Source of the DNA: Horticoccus luteus
Lineage (GTDB): Bacteria > Verrucomicrobiota > Verrucomicrobiia > Opitutales > Opitutaceae
Length of the DNA: 32,000 nucleotides
Direction: 5' to 3'
NCBI RefSeq assembly: GCF_019464535.1
Contig: NZ_CP080507.1
Span: 900,001 to 932,000 of the forward strand
Position 1 is the first letter of the stretch, and each line of letters starts with the position of its first letter. The translations under genes were made by a program, and so were the position numbers. Of this stretch, positions 1-7,403 are shown one piece after another. Below the pieces are notes generated by a model that worked only from the letters and a program-made list of their open reading frames with translations, had not been told where the DNA came from and searched no databases.

Positions 1-104
1 ATATCGGAAGCTTGCGCGGTGAGGACGGACGGCAGGCTCAGACGCGAACAAACATGCGATGATGGGCGTGGGAATAAATGGGGGCGTGGATTGCTCCTAG
101 GAAC

Positions 105-737
105 ATGAAGTGGCAATGTGCGGCCTTGGGCTTGCTGGCGTTGATGATCTGCGGTTGTCGCGATGATTCCACGACGCGGCCGGCGCGAAAAACCGAAATC
201 AACATGGATGCAAAAACCGAATCGATCGTGCTCGGCGGGGGATGTTTCTGGTGCACGGAAGCGGCGTATGAATTGCTGCCCGGCGTGACGGACGTCGTGA
301 GTGGTTACGCGGGCGGTGATGAACCGAATCCGACGTATGAAGCGGTGTGCGCCCACGCGACCGGCCATGCGGAGGTGGTGCAGGTGACGTTCGATCCGGC
401 GCAGGTTTCGCTGGAAAAAGTGCTCAATTATTTCTGGCAGATTCATAACCCGACCCAGGTGGGCGGGCAGGGCAACGATCACGGGCCGCAGTATCGGTCG
501 ATCATCCTCTACGCCGATGAGGCGCAGCGCGCGGCGGCGGAGGCCTCACGCGCGGAGGCGGCGAAGACGTTTCGCGATCCAATCACGACGGAGATCGTGC
601 CGTTGAAGAAATTCTGGCGGGCGGAGGAGTATCATCAGGATTACTTCCGGAAGAATCCGAACGCCGGTTACTGCAGCTATGTGATCGCGCCGAAGGTGCG
701 GAAGCTGGAGCACAAGCTGGCGGCGGAGCAGAAGTGA
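105..737 (+). CDS. msrA: Peptide-methionine (S)-S-oxide reductase MsrA with N-terminal lipoprotein-type signal peptide
   Basis: ORF 78..737. MsrA active-site block GGGCFWCTEA, followed by SGYAGG..NPTYE.VC...TGHAEVVQVTFDP and YHQDY. An in-frame ATG at 105 gives MKWQCAALGLLALMICGC (signal peptide with lipobox-like Cys). Start 78 vs 105 is unresolved. Confidence 0.9.
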   Translation: MKWQCAALGLLALMICGCRDDSTTRPARKTEINMDAKTESIVLGGGCFWCTEAAYELLPGVTDVVSGYAGGDEPNPTYEAVCAHATGHAEVVQVTFDPAQVSLEKVLNYFWQIHNPTQVGGQGNDHGPQYRSIILYADEAQRAAAEASRAEAAKTFRDPITTEIVPLKKFWRAEEYHQDYFRKNPNAGYCSYVIAPKVRKLEHKLAAEQK

Positions 738-753
738 CGGCGGGGGCGGAAGC

Positions 754-3700
754 TCATCGCGCTGATTCGAGCCAGCGGAGGTTGGCGTCGCGGTAATCGA
801 TGCGGCTGAGGTAGTATTTCGGAGTGCGGAATTCGAGCCAGCGGTTGCGGTCGGTGTTGATGCCGAAAGCGCCGGGGTAGCGCTGGAGCAGGCGGTCCAC
901 CCCCGGGGCATCGAGAAGCTGGGCGATCGCGAAGTTTTTGGGGTCCTGCACGCGCACCGCATCCCGGGCGGCGGCGAGGTCGGGCGCGGAAAGCCAGCGG
1001 GAGACCGTGACCATATTAAATTGCTGCGGCGTCACCGAGGCGAGGAGACAAGCCTGCCCGCCCACCTGCCAGACCGAGACGTGGTCGAATACGGCGCGGG
1101 CGGTGCCGAGGATGGTGCCGATTTCGCGGGCGCTCAGATGGTGGAGCTGGACCCATTGCACCAGCACGCCGCCGGGGGCGAGGCGGTCGCGTGCGAGCGC
1201 ATAGAACTCGCGCGAATAGAGATTGGTGGCGCCGGCATACCACACGGAGGTGAGTTCGATCTGGATGAGGTCGTAAGGCTCGCGGGCGCGCAGCAGGAAA
1301 TTGCGGCCGTCTTCGAGGTGGACGGCAACGTTGGCGCGGTCGAAAACGCCGGCGTTGATGCCGGCAAACTCCGCGCGCGCTCCCGCGATGTTGGCGGGGG
1401 AGAGATCAACGATGTCGACCCGGCCGAAGCCGAGACGGGCAATGACGGAGGCGGTCTGACCGGAACCGGCGCCGATGATGAGGGCGCGGTCCCGTGTGGG
1501 CGCGTGGGTGGCGGCGACGACGGCGAAGCCGACTTGGGCGGGGACTTCACCCGCATCATCGGCCTCGAATTTTCCGTTTTGCAGAAGAGTTTTGGTGATG
1601 CCGCCGTTGGCCCGGGGCGTGGCGGTGACAGTGACGAAGCCGGACTGAAAGTCTTCGGCGAACCAAAGCAACCGGGCTTGCGGGCTGAGTGACGGCTGCA
1701 GGTAGACGCCGAATCCGCGGGTGAGCTCGAGCCGGTTCCAAGGCGGTAAAACGGCGAGAAGGAGCAGGCCGGCGAGGCCGGGTGCGACCCACGCCAGGCG
1801 CAACGACCGGCGCAGGACAAGGGCGAGCCAGCCCGCAGCGGCGAGCAACGCGAAGCCCAGCAGCGTGTGTTCGGCGCCGAACGCGGGGATGAGGACGAAG
1901 CCCGTGACGAGCGCACCTCCGACGCAGCCGAGGACATTGGCGACGCTCAGGCGGGAGACATGAGCGCTGTCGCTTCTCGCGTCGAGCAGCAGGGGAAAGA
2001 TCCGGCCGAGCAGGAAAGCCGGAGGCAGCACGATCAGGCAGATCACGGCGAACTTGAACATTTCGCCGCTCCAGAACCACCGCAGCCCGAGCAGGCCGGC
2101 GAACCACGCGAGCATGCGGCCGGCCCAAGGCCAGAGAGCGTTGCTCACGGCCAGCGCGGCGACCAGCCAGCCGATGGTAGCAGGGAGCGAAGTAAACGCG
2201 CGCCGTGCGACGTCATGGGCGGCCAGCGTCAGCGCGAGCAGAACGGCCGCCAGCAGCCAGGAAAAGCTATACACACTGGCTCCGCAGACGGCGGCGATGA
2301 GGTGGAACCAGAGGACTTCCAGCGCGAAAAAAGCGAAGCCGGCGGCGAAGGACCAGAGGATGGGCTGAACGAGGGAGAGGTTGAAGCGTGGACCGGCGGG
2401 AGGATGGAAGGGAGGGACTAGTTTCGCCGGCAGTGATGCGGTTGTATCGGCGAGTGCTGTCACGGCCGCAACCGGCGCAGCCTGCACCGCGCCCAGTCCG
2501 GACCACAAAGCCACGCCGACAAACGCGGCGAGCAGGGCGGCAAACCAGAGTGCGCCGTTGGCCCCGATCGTATTGAACAGGAGCACCGGCGCGCCGAACG
2601 TAAAGGCAAAGGCACCGGCGAGGTTGATGGCGTAGTAGCGCGGCAGGGATCGGCCCTGCAAGTCACGGTGGCCGGCCAGCACGGCGGCGAGCGTGGGCAA
2701 CTCTGCTCCCATGGCGAACGTGGGAGGCAACAGCCAAATGACGGCAAGCGCGATGCGGACCAAGGTGAGCGAGGCGGCGCTGGTGCCGGTCGTCGCCAGC
2801 CATCCGCCCAAGACACGGTCGGCGGAGAAAAATCCGATCGCGAACAGCGCCGCCCACGCGCCGATGAACAGTTCGAGCAGTGCCAACCGGCGCACCGCGC
2901 CGACAGACCGCCGCGGGCAAAGCCATGCGCCGAGCGCGAGGCCGGTGAAGTAAACGGCGAGCACGATGGTCGCGGCCGGCCGGCTCGCGCCAACAAGCGT
3001 GGAGAGATATTTTTCGGCCACCTGTTCGAGAATCAGCGCGGTGCCGCCGGAGAAGAAGACGGCGCCGGCGAGCAGGCGGGCGGGAACGGCCGCGCGTGGG
3101 CCGGCAAACGGCGCGACGGCGGAAGAGACGGCTGCCGGCGCGGGCCGCGCCGGCCGGAACAATCTGAAAGCAACCCAGGCGGGCAGGCCGGAGACGATGA
3201 GCGCGGCAGGCCACGCGAGCCACGGCGGGATGGGTGCAAATTTACCCCAAAGCACCAGCACAAGGAGCGACAACGCGAGCGAACCGGCCAGGGTCCAGCC
3301 GAGCCGGCGGCGCACCGCGGGAGGCGCGCCGAGAGCCGGCAGCGGAGGATCGCCGGTGGGCGGGAAGCGGCGGATGCCGACGTCGGCCAGCCACCAGCAG
3401 AAGATCGTGAACGGCACGGCGGCGCAGACATCGACGAGGTAATGGACACTGAAAGTGAGCGTTGAAGCGATCTCGCCCAAGCCGAGCGGAAGCCAGAGCC
3501 AGAAGAGCCGGCGCCGGTGGCACCAGGCCGCGGCGAGCAGGGCGAGCGAGAACGCCACATGCAGCGACGGCATGACGTTGCGCAGCAAATCCGGACGGGT
3601 GATGAAGCGCTCGGGGCCGTCGAGCGCGGCCTCGCGGAGCGAAGCAAGCAAGGCGGGGTTGCGGGGGAGGGTGGACGCGGCCCGGTAAAGTTCAGGAAAC

Positions 3701-4542
3701 GCATAGGCCGGCCCCACCGCCGGCACGGCCCAATAGGTGATGTTACCGAGCAGCGCGATCAACAGGATCGCCAGCAGGCAACGGCGGAGGCCGGCGAAGT
3801 CGCGCGCGAAGTGCAGACTGGCCGCCACGCCGCCGATCAACAGTCCAAGCATCGGATAGACGCAGCGGGTGAGCGCGTCGGCCCAAGGATGAGCCGCGAC
3901 CCAGGAGGCGCAGACCTCAAGCGGATTGAAGCCGAACGACACGTCCATGCGCAGCAGGATGCGGTCCACGACTTCGGGCCGCGCCAGGCGGGTGGCGGAA
4001 AGCAGATATCCGCCGGTCAGGAGGTAAAAGAACAGTGTGCACCAGTGGCGGCCGACGTCGCGCGCGCAGGCGCCAATGTCACGCCAGCGTGTCAAACCTG
4101 TGACGGCCAGGACCAGGGTGAGGACCGCGCTCACCGCGAAGAGAGCGAGGATGAGCCCTTGGAGAAACCAGCTGGTCCACCGGTAACTCGTCCATACGAA
4201 GGCCTGCAACAAACCCGCGGTCAGTGCGAGGGAGAGAACGCCCCAAGTGATGCCGAGCGCCCGCCGGGGGACGGGCGGAACCCGGCGCAACAGCAGGGCC
4301 ATGAACACGACCACCACGGCGACAAAAATGCCGGCGCCAAAAGAGTCGGCGAGATGGGAGTAGGCCAGTTGGTCGAAGCGCGAGAAACGCAAATGCGTCG
4401 CCCGCATGGCCAGGGGAACGGCGACGCAGGCGGCGAGAAAGATCCAGACATCGGGTCGGCGCAGGACGCGCCGCAGCCAAAGGGAGAAGGCCGGCACGTC
4501 GTCCGGTATGCCGACGCGCGGGAGACGGGTCAAGCGCGGCAC
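754..4542 (-). CDS. Polytopic membrane fusion protein: PAP2_3 (AUR1/IPT1-like) domain + multi-TM domain + C-terminal spermidine-synthase-like (class I MTase fold) domain
   Basis: 1262-aa ORF starting at GTG 4542. Alternative starts are TTG 4533 (TTGA overlap with the upstream TGA stop) and GTG 4497. aa 325-328 PSLH and aa 367-371 HYLVD match PAP2 C2/C3-type motifs. From about aa 495, FFSGGTALILEQV... and many hydrophobic helices are typical of membrane-fused spermidine-synthase-like proteins. The last 243 aa carry IIGAGSGQ...VDIVDL...YDLIQIELTS...LYSREFY...PGGVLV. Confidence 0.8.
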   Translation of the reverse strand: MPRLTRLPRVGIPDDVPAFSLWLRRVLRRPDVWIFLAACVAVPLAMRATHLRFSRFDQLAYSHLADSFGAGIFVAVVVVFMALLLRRVPPVPRRALGITWGVLSLALTAGLLQAFVWTSYRWTSWFLQGLILALFAVSAVLTLVLAVTGLTRWRDIGACARDVGRHWCTLFFYLLTGGYLLSATRLARPEVVDRILLRMDVSFGFNPLEVCASWVAAHPWADALTRCVYPMLGLLIGGVAASLHFARDFAGLRRCLLAILLIALLGNITYWAVPAVGPAYAFPELYRAASTLPRNPALLASLREAALDGPERFITRPDLLRNVMPSLHVAFSLALLAAAWCHRRRLFWLWLPLGLGEIASTLTFSVHYLVDVCAAVPFTIFCWWLADVGIRRFPPTGDPPLPALGAPPAVRRRLGWTLAGSLALSLLVLVLWGKFAPIPPWLAWPAALIVSGLPAWVAFRLFRPARPAPAAVSSAVAPFAGPRAAVPARLLAGAVFFSGGTALILEQVAEKYLSTLVGASRPAATIVLAVYFTGLALGAWLCPRRSVGAVRRLALLELFIGAWAALFAIGFFSADRVLGGWLATTGTSAASLTLVRIALAVIWLLPPTFAMGAELPTLAAVLAGHRDLQGRSLPRYYAINLAGAFAFTFGAPVLLFNTIGANGALWFAALLAAFVGVALWSGLGAVQAAPVAAVTALADTTASLPAKLVPPFHPPAGPRFNLSLVQPILWSFAAGFAFFALEVLWFHLIAAVCGASVYSFSWLLAAVLLALTLAAHDVARRAFTSLPATIGWLVAALAVSNALWPWAGRMLAWFAGLLGLRWFWSGEMFKFAVICLIVLPPAFLLGRIFPLLLDARSDSAHVSRLSVANVLGCVGGALVTGFVLIPAFGAEHTLLGFALLAAAGWLALVLRRSLRLAWVAPGLAGLLLLAVLPPWNRLELTRGFGVYLQPSLSPQARLLWFAEDFQSGFVTVTATPRANGGITKTLLQNGKFEADDAGEVPAQVGFAVVAATHAPTRDRALIIGAGSGQTASVIARLGFGRVDIVDLSPANIAGARAEFAGINAGVFDRANVAVHLEDGRNFLLRAREPYDLIQIELTSVWYAGATNLYSREFYALARDRLAPGGVLVQWVQLHHLSAREIGTILGTARAVFDHVSVWQVGGQACLLASVTPQQFNMVTVSRWLSAPDLAAARDAVRVQDPKNFAIAQLLDAPGVDRLLQRYPGAFGINTDRNRWLEFRTPKYYLSRIDYRDANLRWLESAR

Positions 4543-6308
4543 CGCTCGCGACGGGCGAGCTGGCGGCGGCGCAGGGTGAGGGCGGAAAGGAAGGCAACGA
4601 CGCCCAATCCGAGCCCTACGGTTGCAGGTTCAGGTATGGCCGTGGCCGTGAGCTGGAGTGCGCTGCCGCTGACGGCGAAGCTGTAACTGTAGCCCGGGAG
4701 AGTCGTGCCGAGGGTGAAATCGTGGGCATCGAAGTTATCCACGGCGGCACCGGTGTAATCGAAGAGCGTGTAGGTGCCGGCGGAGAAGCCGCCGGAGTCG
4801 GTGAGGTTGAGCGTGACGGTGCCGCTGGATGGCCCGGTGAGTATGCCGCCGGAAACGCGGATGAGGTCGCTCGCGGTGCCGAGTTGAAAATCGAGGATTG
4901 AGCCGGCGTCGAGGATGAGTCCGCCGGTGAAGGTGAGCGTGCCGGGGGAATTGCCCGGAGCGAGGTGCGCGCCGGATTCGAACGTGGTGAGCCCACCGAT
5001 GAAGCCGCCGCCGCCGAGGGTGCCGCCGGAGTTCACCGTGACGGCGCCGGTGCCGGTGGCGGAGCCGGAGGTGTTGTTGGCCAGCAAGGTGCCGGCGGAA
5101 ATGGTGGTGCCCTGCGTGTAGTTGTTCAGGTCGCCGGAGAGCGTGAGGGTGCCGGCGCCTGATTTGGTGAGGGCGAAATTGGCGTAACCGCCGCCCAAGG
5201 TGCCGGAGAAGGTTTGAGTTTCGCTCGTGGCCACGGTGAGATGCCCGGCGGTGCCGCCGAAACTGTAAACGGTGCCGGCGCCGGTGAGGCCCGCGAGGGT
5301 GGTGGCGTGGTTGGAAATATCGAAATAGGCGCCGGACGCGACGGTGACTTGCGTCGAGGCCGAGAGGCCCTGATCGACCGTAGTCGGCAGCACGAGAAAA
5401 CCGTGAGCGACGTTGGTCTCTCCGGTGTAGGTCTGGGCCTGACCGAGACGGACGATAAGGCCATTGTTCGTTACGGCGCCCGTGCCGCTGATCACGCCGT
5501 TGAAGGTATAGTCATCAGAACGATTGAAGATGAGGGCGGCGTTGTTGGTGATATCGCCTGCGACCGAGCCGGAACCTCCGGCGTTGCCGAGTTGCAGTGT
5601 GCCGGCGGAAACGGTGGTGCCGCCGGTGTAGGTGTTGTCGTTGCCGAGCGTGAGCGTGCCGGAGCCGATTTTTGTGAGCGAACCTGCGCCCGAGAGCGCG
5701 CCGGAATACGTCGTAGCGGCATTATTGTTGCCGACGGAGAGCGCCACGGCGGCGGCGGAACCGTTGGCGAGCACGCCATTGCCCGAGCCGGAGAGACCGC
5801 CGAGCGTGGCGGCGGTAAGATTGCCAAAATCGATCTGGGATATGCGTTGAAGCGAAGAATTCTGAAGGGCCAAGGAGTGGCCGACGACCAGTTTGCCGTT
5901 GCCAGTCACCGTGGTGGCGCCGGTGAAGGTGTTGGCGGCGCTCAGCGTGAAAGACTCCGTTGCAGTGACCGTAAGGCTTGCCGTGCCGGTGAGCACCGCC
6001 GTGACCTCTCCGGACGTACCGGTGTAATCGCTCGAAGCATCGATGGTGCCGTTGGAGACAGTGCCACCATTGAAGATGGCGCTGACCAAGGTGACGGTGC
6101 CACCGCCGAGATCCGTGTCCGTCGGACCGTAGGTGGTCGTCGTCGCGCCGCTGCCGGTGTCGGTGCCACTGCCGGTTCCGCTGCCGGTGCTCGTGCCGGA
6201 GCCGACGATGCCGGAGCCGGTGGTTTGCGCGCCGCAGAAGCTGGCGAAGGCCAGGCACGTGAAAAATGTCAAGGCGATGGGCAGGCGGCGAAGCAGAAAG
6301 GCAGGCAT
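4530..6308 (-). CDS. Autotransporter-associated beta-strand repeat (PATR) protein with PEP-CTERM sorting signal
   Basis: ORF 4530..6356. ATG 6308 gives the signal peptide MPAFLLRRLPIALTFFTCLAFASFCGAQT. G/T/S/N-rich repeats of the type LTKSGAGTLTLSG.N.YTGGTT.SAGTL. C-terminus IPEPATVGLGLGVVAFLSALTLRRRQ (PEP motif + TM + Arg cluster). The C-terminal ~330 aa are paralogous to the end of 15739..20154. Confidence 0.85.
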   Translation of the reverse strand: MPAFLLRRLPIALTFFTCLAFASFCGAQTTGSGIVGSGTSTGSGTGSGTDTGSGATTTTYGPTDTDLGGGTVTLVSAIFNGGTVSNGTIDASSDYTGTSGEVTAVLTGTASLTVTATESFTLSAANTFTGATTVTGNGKLVVGHSLALQNSSLQRISQIDFGNLTAATLGGLSGSGNGVLANGSAAAVALSVGNNNAATTYSGALSGAGSLTKIGSGTLTLGNDNTYTGGTTVSAGTLQLGNAGGSGSVAGDITNNAALIFNRSDDYTFNGVISGTGAVTNNGLIVRLGQAQTYTGETNVAHGFLVLPTTVDQGLSASTQVTVASGAYFDISNHATTLAGLTGAGTVYSFGGTAGHLTVATSETQTFSGTLGGGYANFALTKSGAGTLTLSGDLNNYTQGTTISAGTLLANNTSGSATGTGAVTVNSGGTLGGGGFIGGLTTFESGAHLAPGNSPGTLTFTGGLILDAGSILDFQLGTASDLIRVSGGILTGPSSGTVTLNLTDSGGFSAGTYTLFDYTGAAVDNFDAHDFTLGTTLPGYSYSFAVSGSALQLTATAIPEPATVGLGLGVVAFLSALTLRRRQLARRERCRA

Positions 6309-6342
6309 CTTGCCTGGAATTATAGTGGCGGCGCGGCGCGGC

Positions 6343-6370
6343 GAATACCCCCACACGTGGGGGATTTTTT
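6343..6370 (-). promoter_or_regulatory. Conserved palindromic motif (candidate operator/promoter element), copy 1, upstream of PATR gene 4530..6308
   Basis: Plus strand cgaataCCCCCACACGTGGGGGatttttt. On the coding strand it is followed by TATTC, 18 nt, TATAAT (6324..6319), 10 nt, then ATG 6308. A near-identical element with the same spacing lies at 20229..20255. Confidence 0.4.
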
Positions 6371-6453
6371 AAGAGGGACGGAAAGGTGTTGCCTTGGACC
6401 GAGATGGCGGCCGTGGCCGAGCAGACCGGGGGAGGCGCCAGTCCCGCGCGTGG

Positions 6454-7224
6454 CTACGCGCGCCCGAGGCGGCGCAGGGCGAAGACGGTGGCGGCGTGGC
6501 GGTTTTCCTGGCCGAGCTTGCGCACGATGTTGGCGACGTGTTCCTGGATTGTCTGCAAGCTGCGCCCGAGGATCGCGGCGATCTCGGGGTTTTGTTTGCC
6601 CTCGGTCATCCAGAACAGGATATCCGACTCGCGCGGCGTGAGGCCGAGGGCGCGCAGCCGATCGCGGGGAGAGGGGGTCGAAGGCGATTTTTCCTGCCAC
6701 GGATTCTCGTAGCGGCGCCAAGCGAGGAGCAGGTGCGGGGCAAAGGCGTCGAGCAGGGCGCAATGCCGCGGGGTGAATTCACCGCGCCGGCGATCAAAGG
6801 CGAGACCGGCGACGGTGTGCTCGTCGAGCGCGAGCGGGAGGACGAGGGTGTGTCTGAAGCCGAGCCGCTGGAGGCAGTGGCGGTAGAATTCGCTCCGCCG
6901 GTATTGAACCGGATCGGTCACGTCGCACAGGCGCCGGGCGTGTTTGTCGCCGGTGCGATCGTAGTAGGCGACAAAGGCGTTTTCCTCGGGGTGCGAGACG
7001 TAGTAGGCGATTTCCTCGGGCCGGAAAGGGTTGGCCGGAAGGCTTTGATGGAGGATGCGGCCGGCGGCGCGGTCGATCACATGCAGGTGGCAGACGTCGG
7101 CCGGGATGAGACGGCTCATGCCGTTGAGCACCGCTGTGGTGAAGTCGGCATGGTCGCGCGCGAGGTTTATTTCATAAACGGCGTCAAAGAGCGGACGCCA
7201 CGCGCGCGGATCGATGCTGGGCAT
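6454..7224 (-). CDS. LuxR-family transcriptional regulator (N-terminal GAF-like sensor domain + C-terminal HTH)
   Basis: The C-terminal 256 aa of ORF 6454..8256, starting at ATG 7224 (MPSIDPRAW). LuxR HTH: LTPRESDILFWMTEGKQNPEIAAILGRSLQTIQEHVANIVRKLG. The upstream part of the ORF is R/P-rich and overlaps the neighbouring gene. Confidence 0.85.
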   Translation of the reverse strand: MPSIDPRAWRPLFDAVYEINLARDHADFTTAVLNGMSRLIPADVCHLHVIDRAAGRILHQSLPANPFRPEEIAYYVSHPEENAFVAYYDRTGDKHARRLCDVTDPVQYRRSEFYRHCLQRLGFRHTLVLPLALDEHTVAGLAFDRRRGEFTPRHCALLDAFAPHLLLAWRRYENPWQEKSPSTPSPRDRLRALGLTPRESDILFWMTEGKQNPEIAAILGRSLQTIQEHVANIVRKLGQENRHAATVFALRRLGRA

Positions 7225-7403
7225 GTGACGCTTGGCAATCAACTTGGGACAGCGGGGAAAGGCAAGGCGGCAGATGCACGGACGCGGCAGAGTCGCGAGC
7301 GCCGGCGCAAATATCGGGCGCGCTTTTGCGTGGGTAACCGGACGTTGAGCGGAGGCGCCGTCGAGTGTTGTCGGCGCAGGCAAACCACCGGATGGGCGGC
7401 CCC

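Noticed and set aside
6309-6356. Longer N-terminal extensions offered by the ORF track for several genes (6356, 9999, 13273, 20243, 21598, 25830, 31582, 78).
   Set aside because: Most use GTG or TTG, or add residues in front of an obvious signal peptide or conserved N-terminus. The GTG at 6356 sits inside the palindromic motif. Internal ATGs give canonical N-termini, though starts at 78 vs 105 and 9954 vs 9999 remain genuinely uncertain.
6348-6370. The hairpin CCCCCAC-AC-GTGGGGG followed by ATTTTTT looks like a plus-strand intrinsic terminator.
   Set aside because: No credible plus-strand gene ends here. The 2-nt loop is sterically poor for a terminator hairpin. The same element upstream of the second PATR gene lacks the T-run. 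I therefore interpret it as a protein-binding palindrome or promoter element, though a role as a terminator for luxR on the other strand cannot be excluded.
5214-6641. 475-aa plus-strand ORF, plus other ORFs (4616..4996, 5126..5464, 5722..6354) overlapping the first PATR gene.
   Set aside because: They are antisense or out-of-frame shadows of 4530..6308. Their composition is low-complexity G/A/R/P and they have no recognisable domains.
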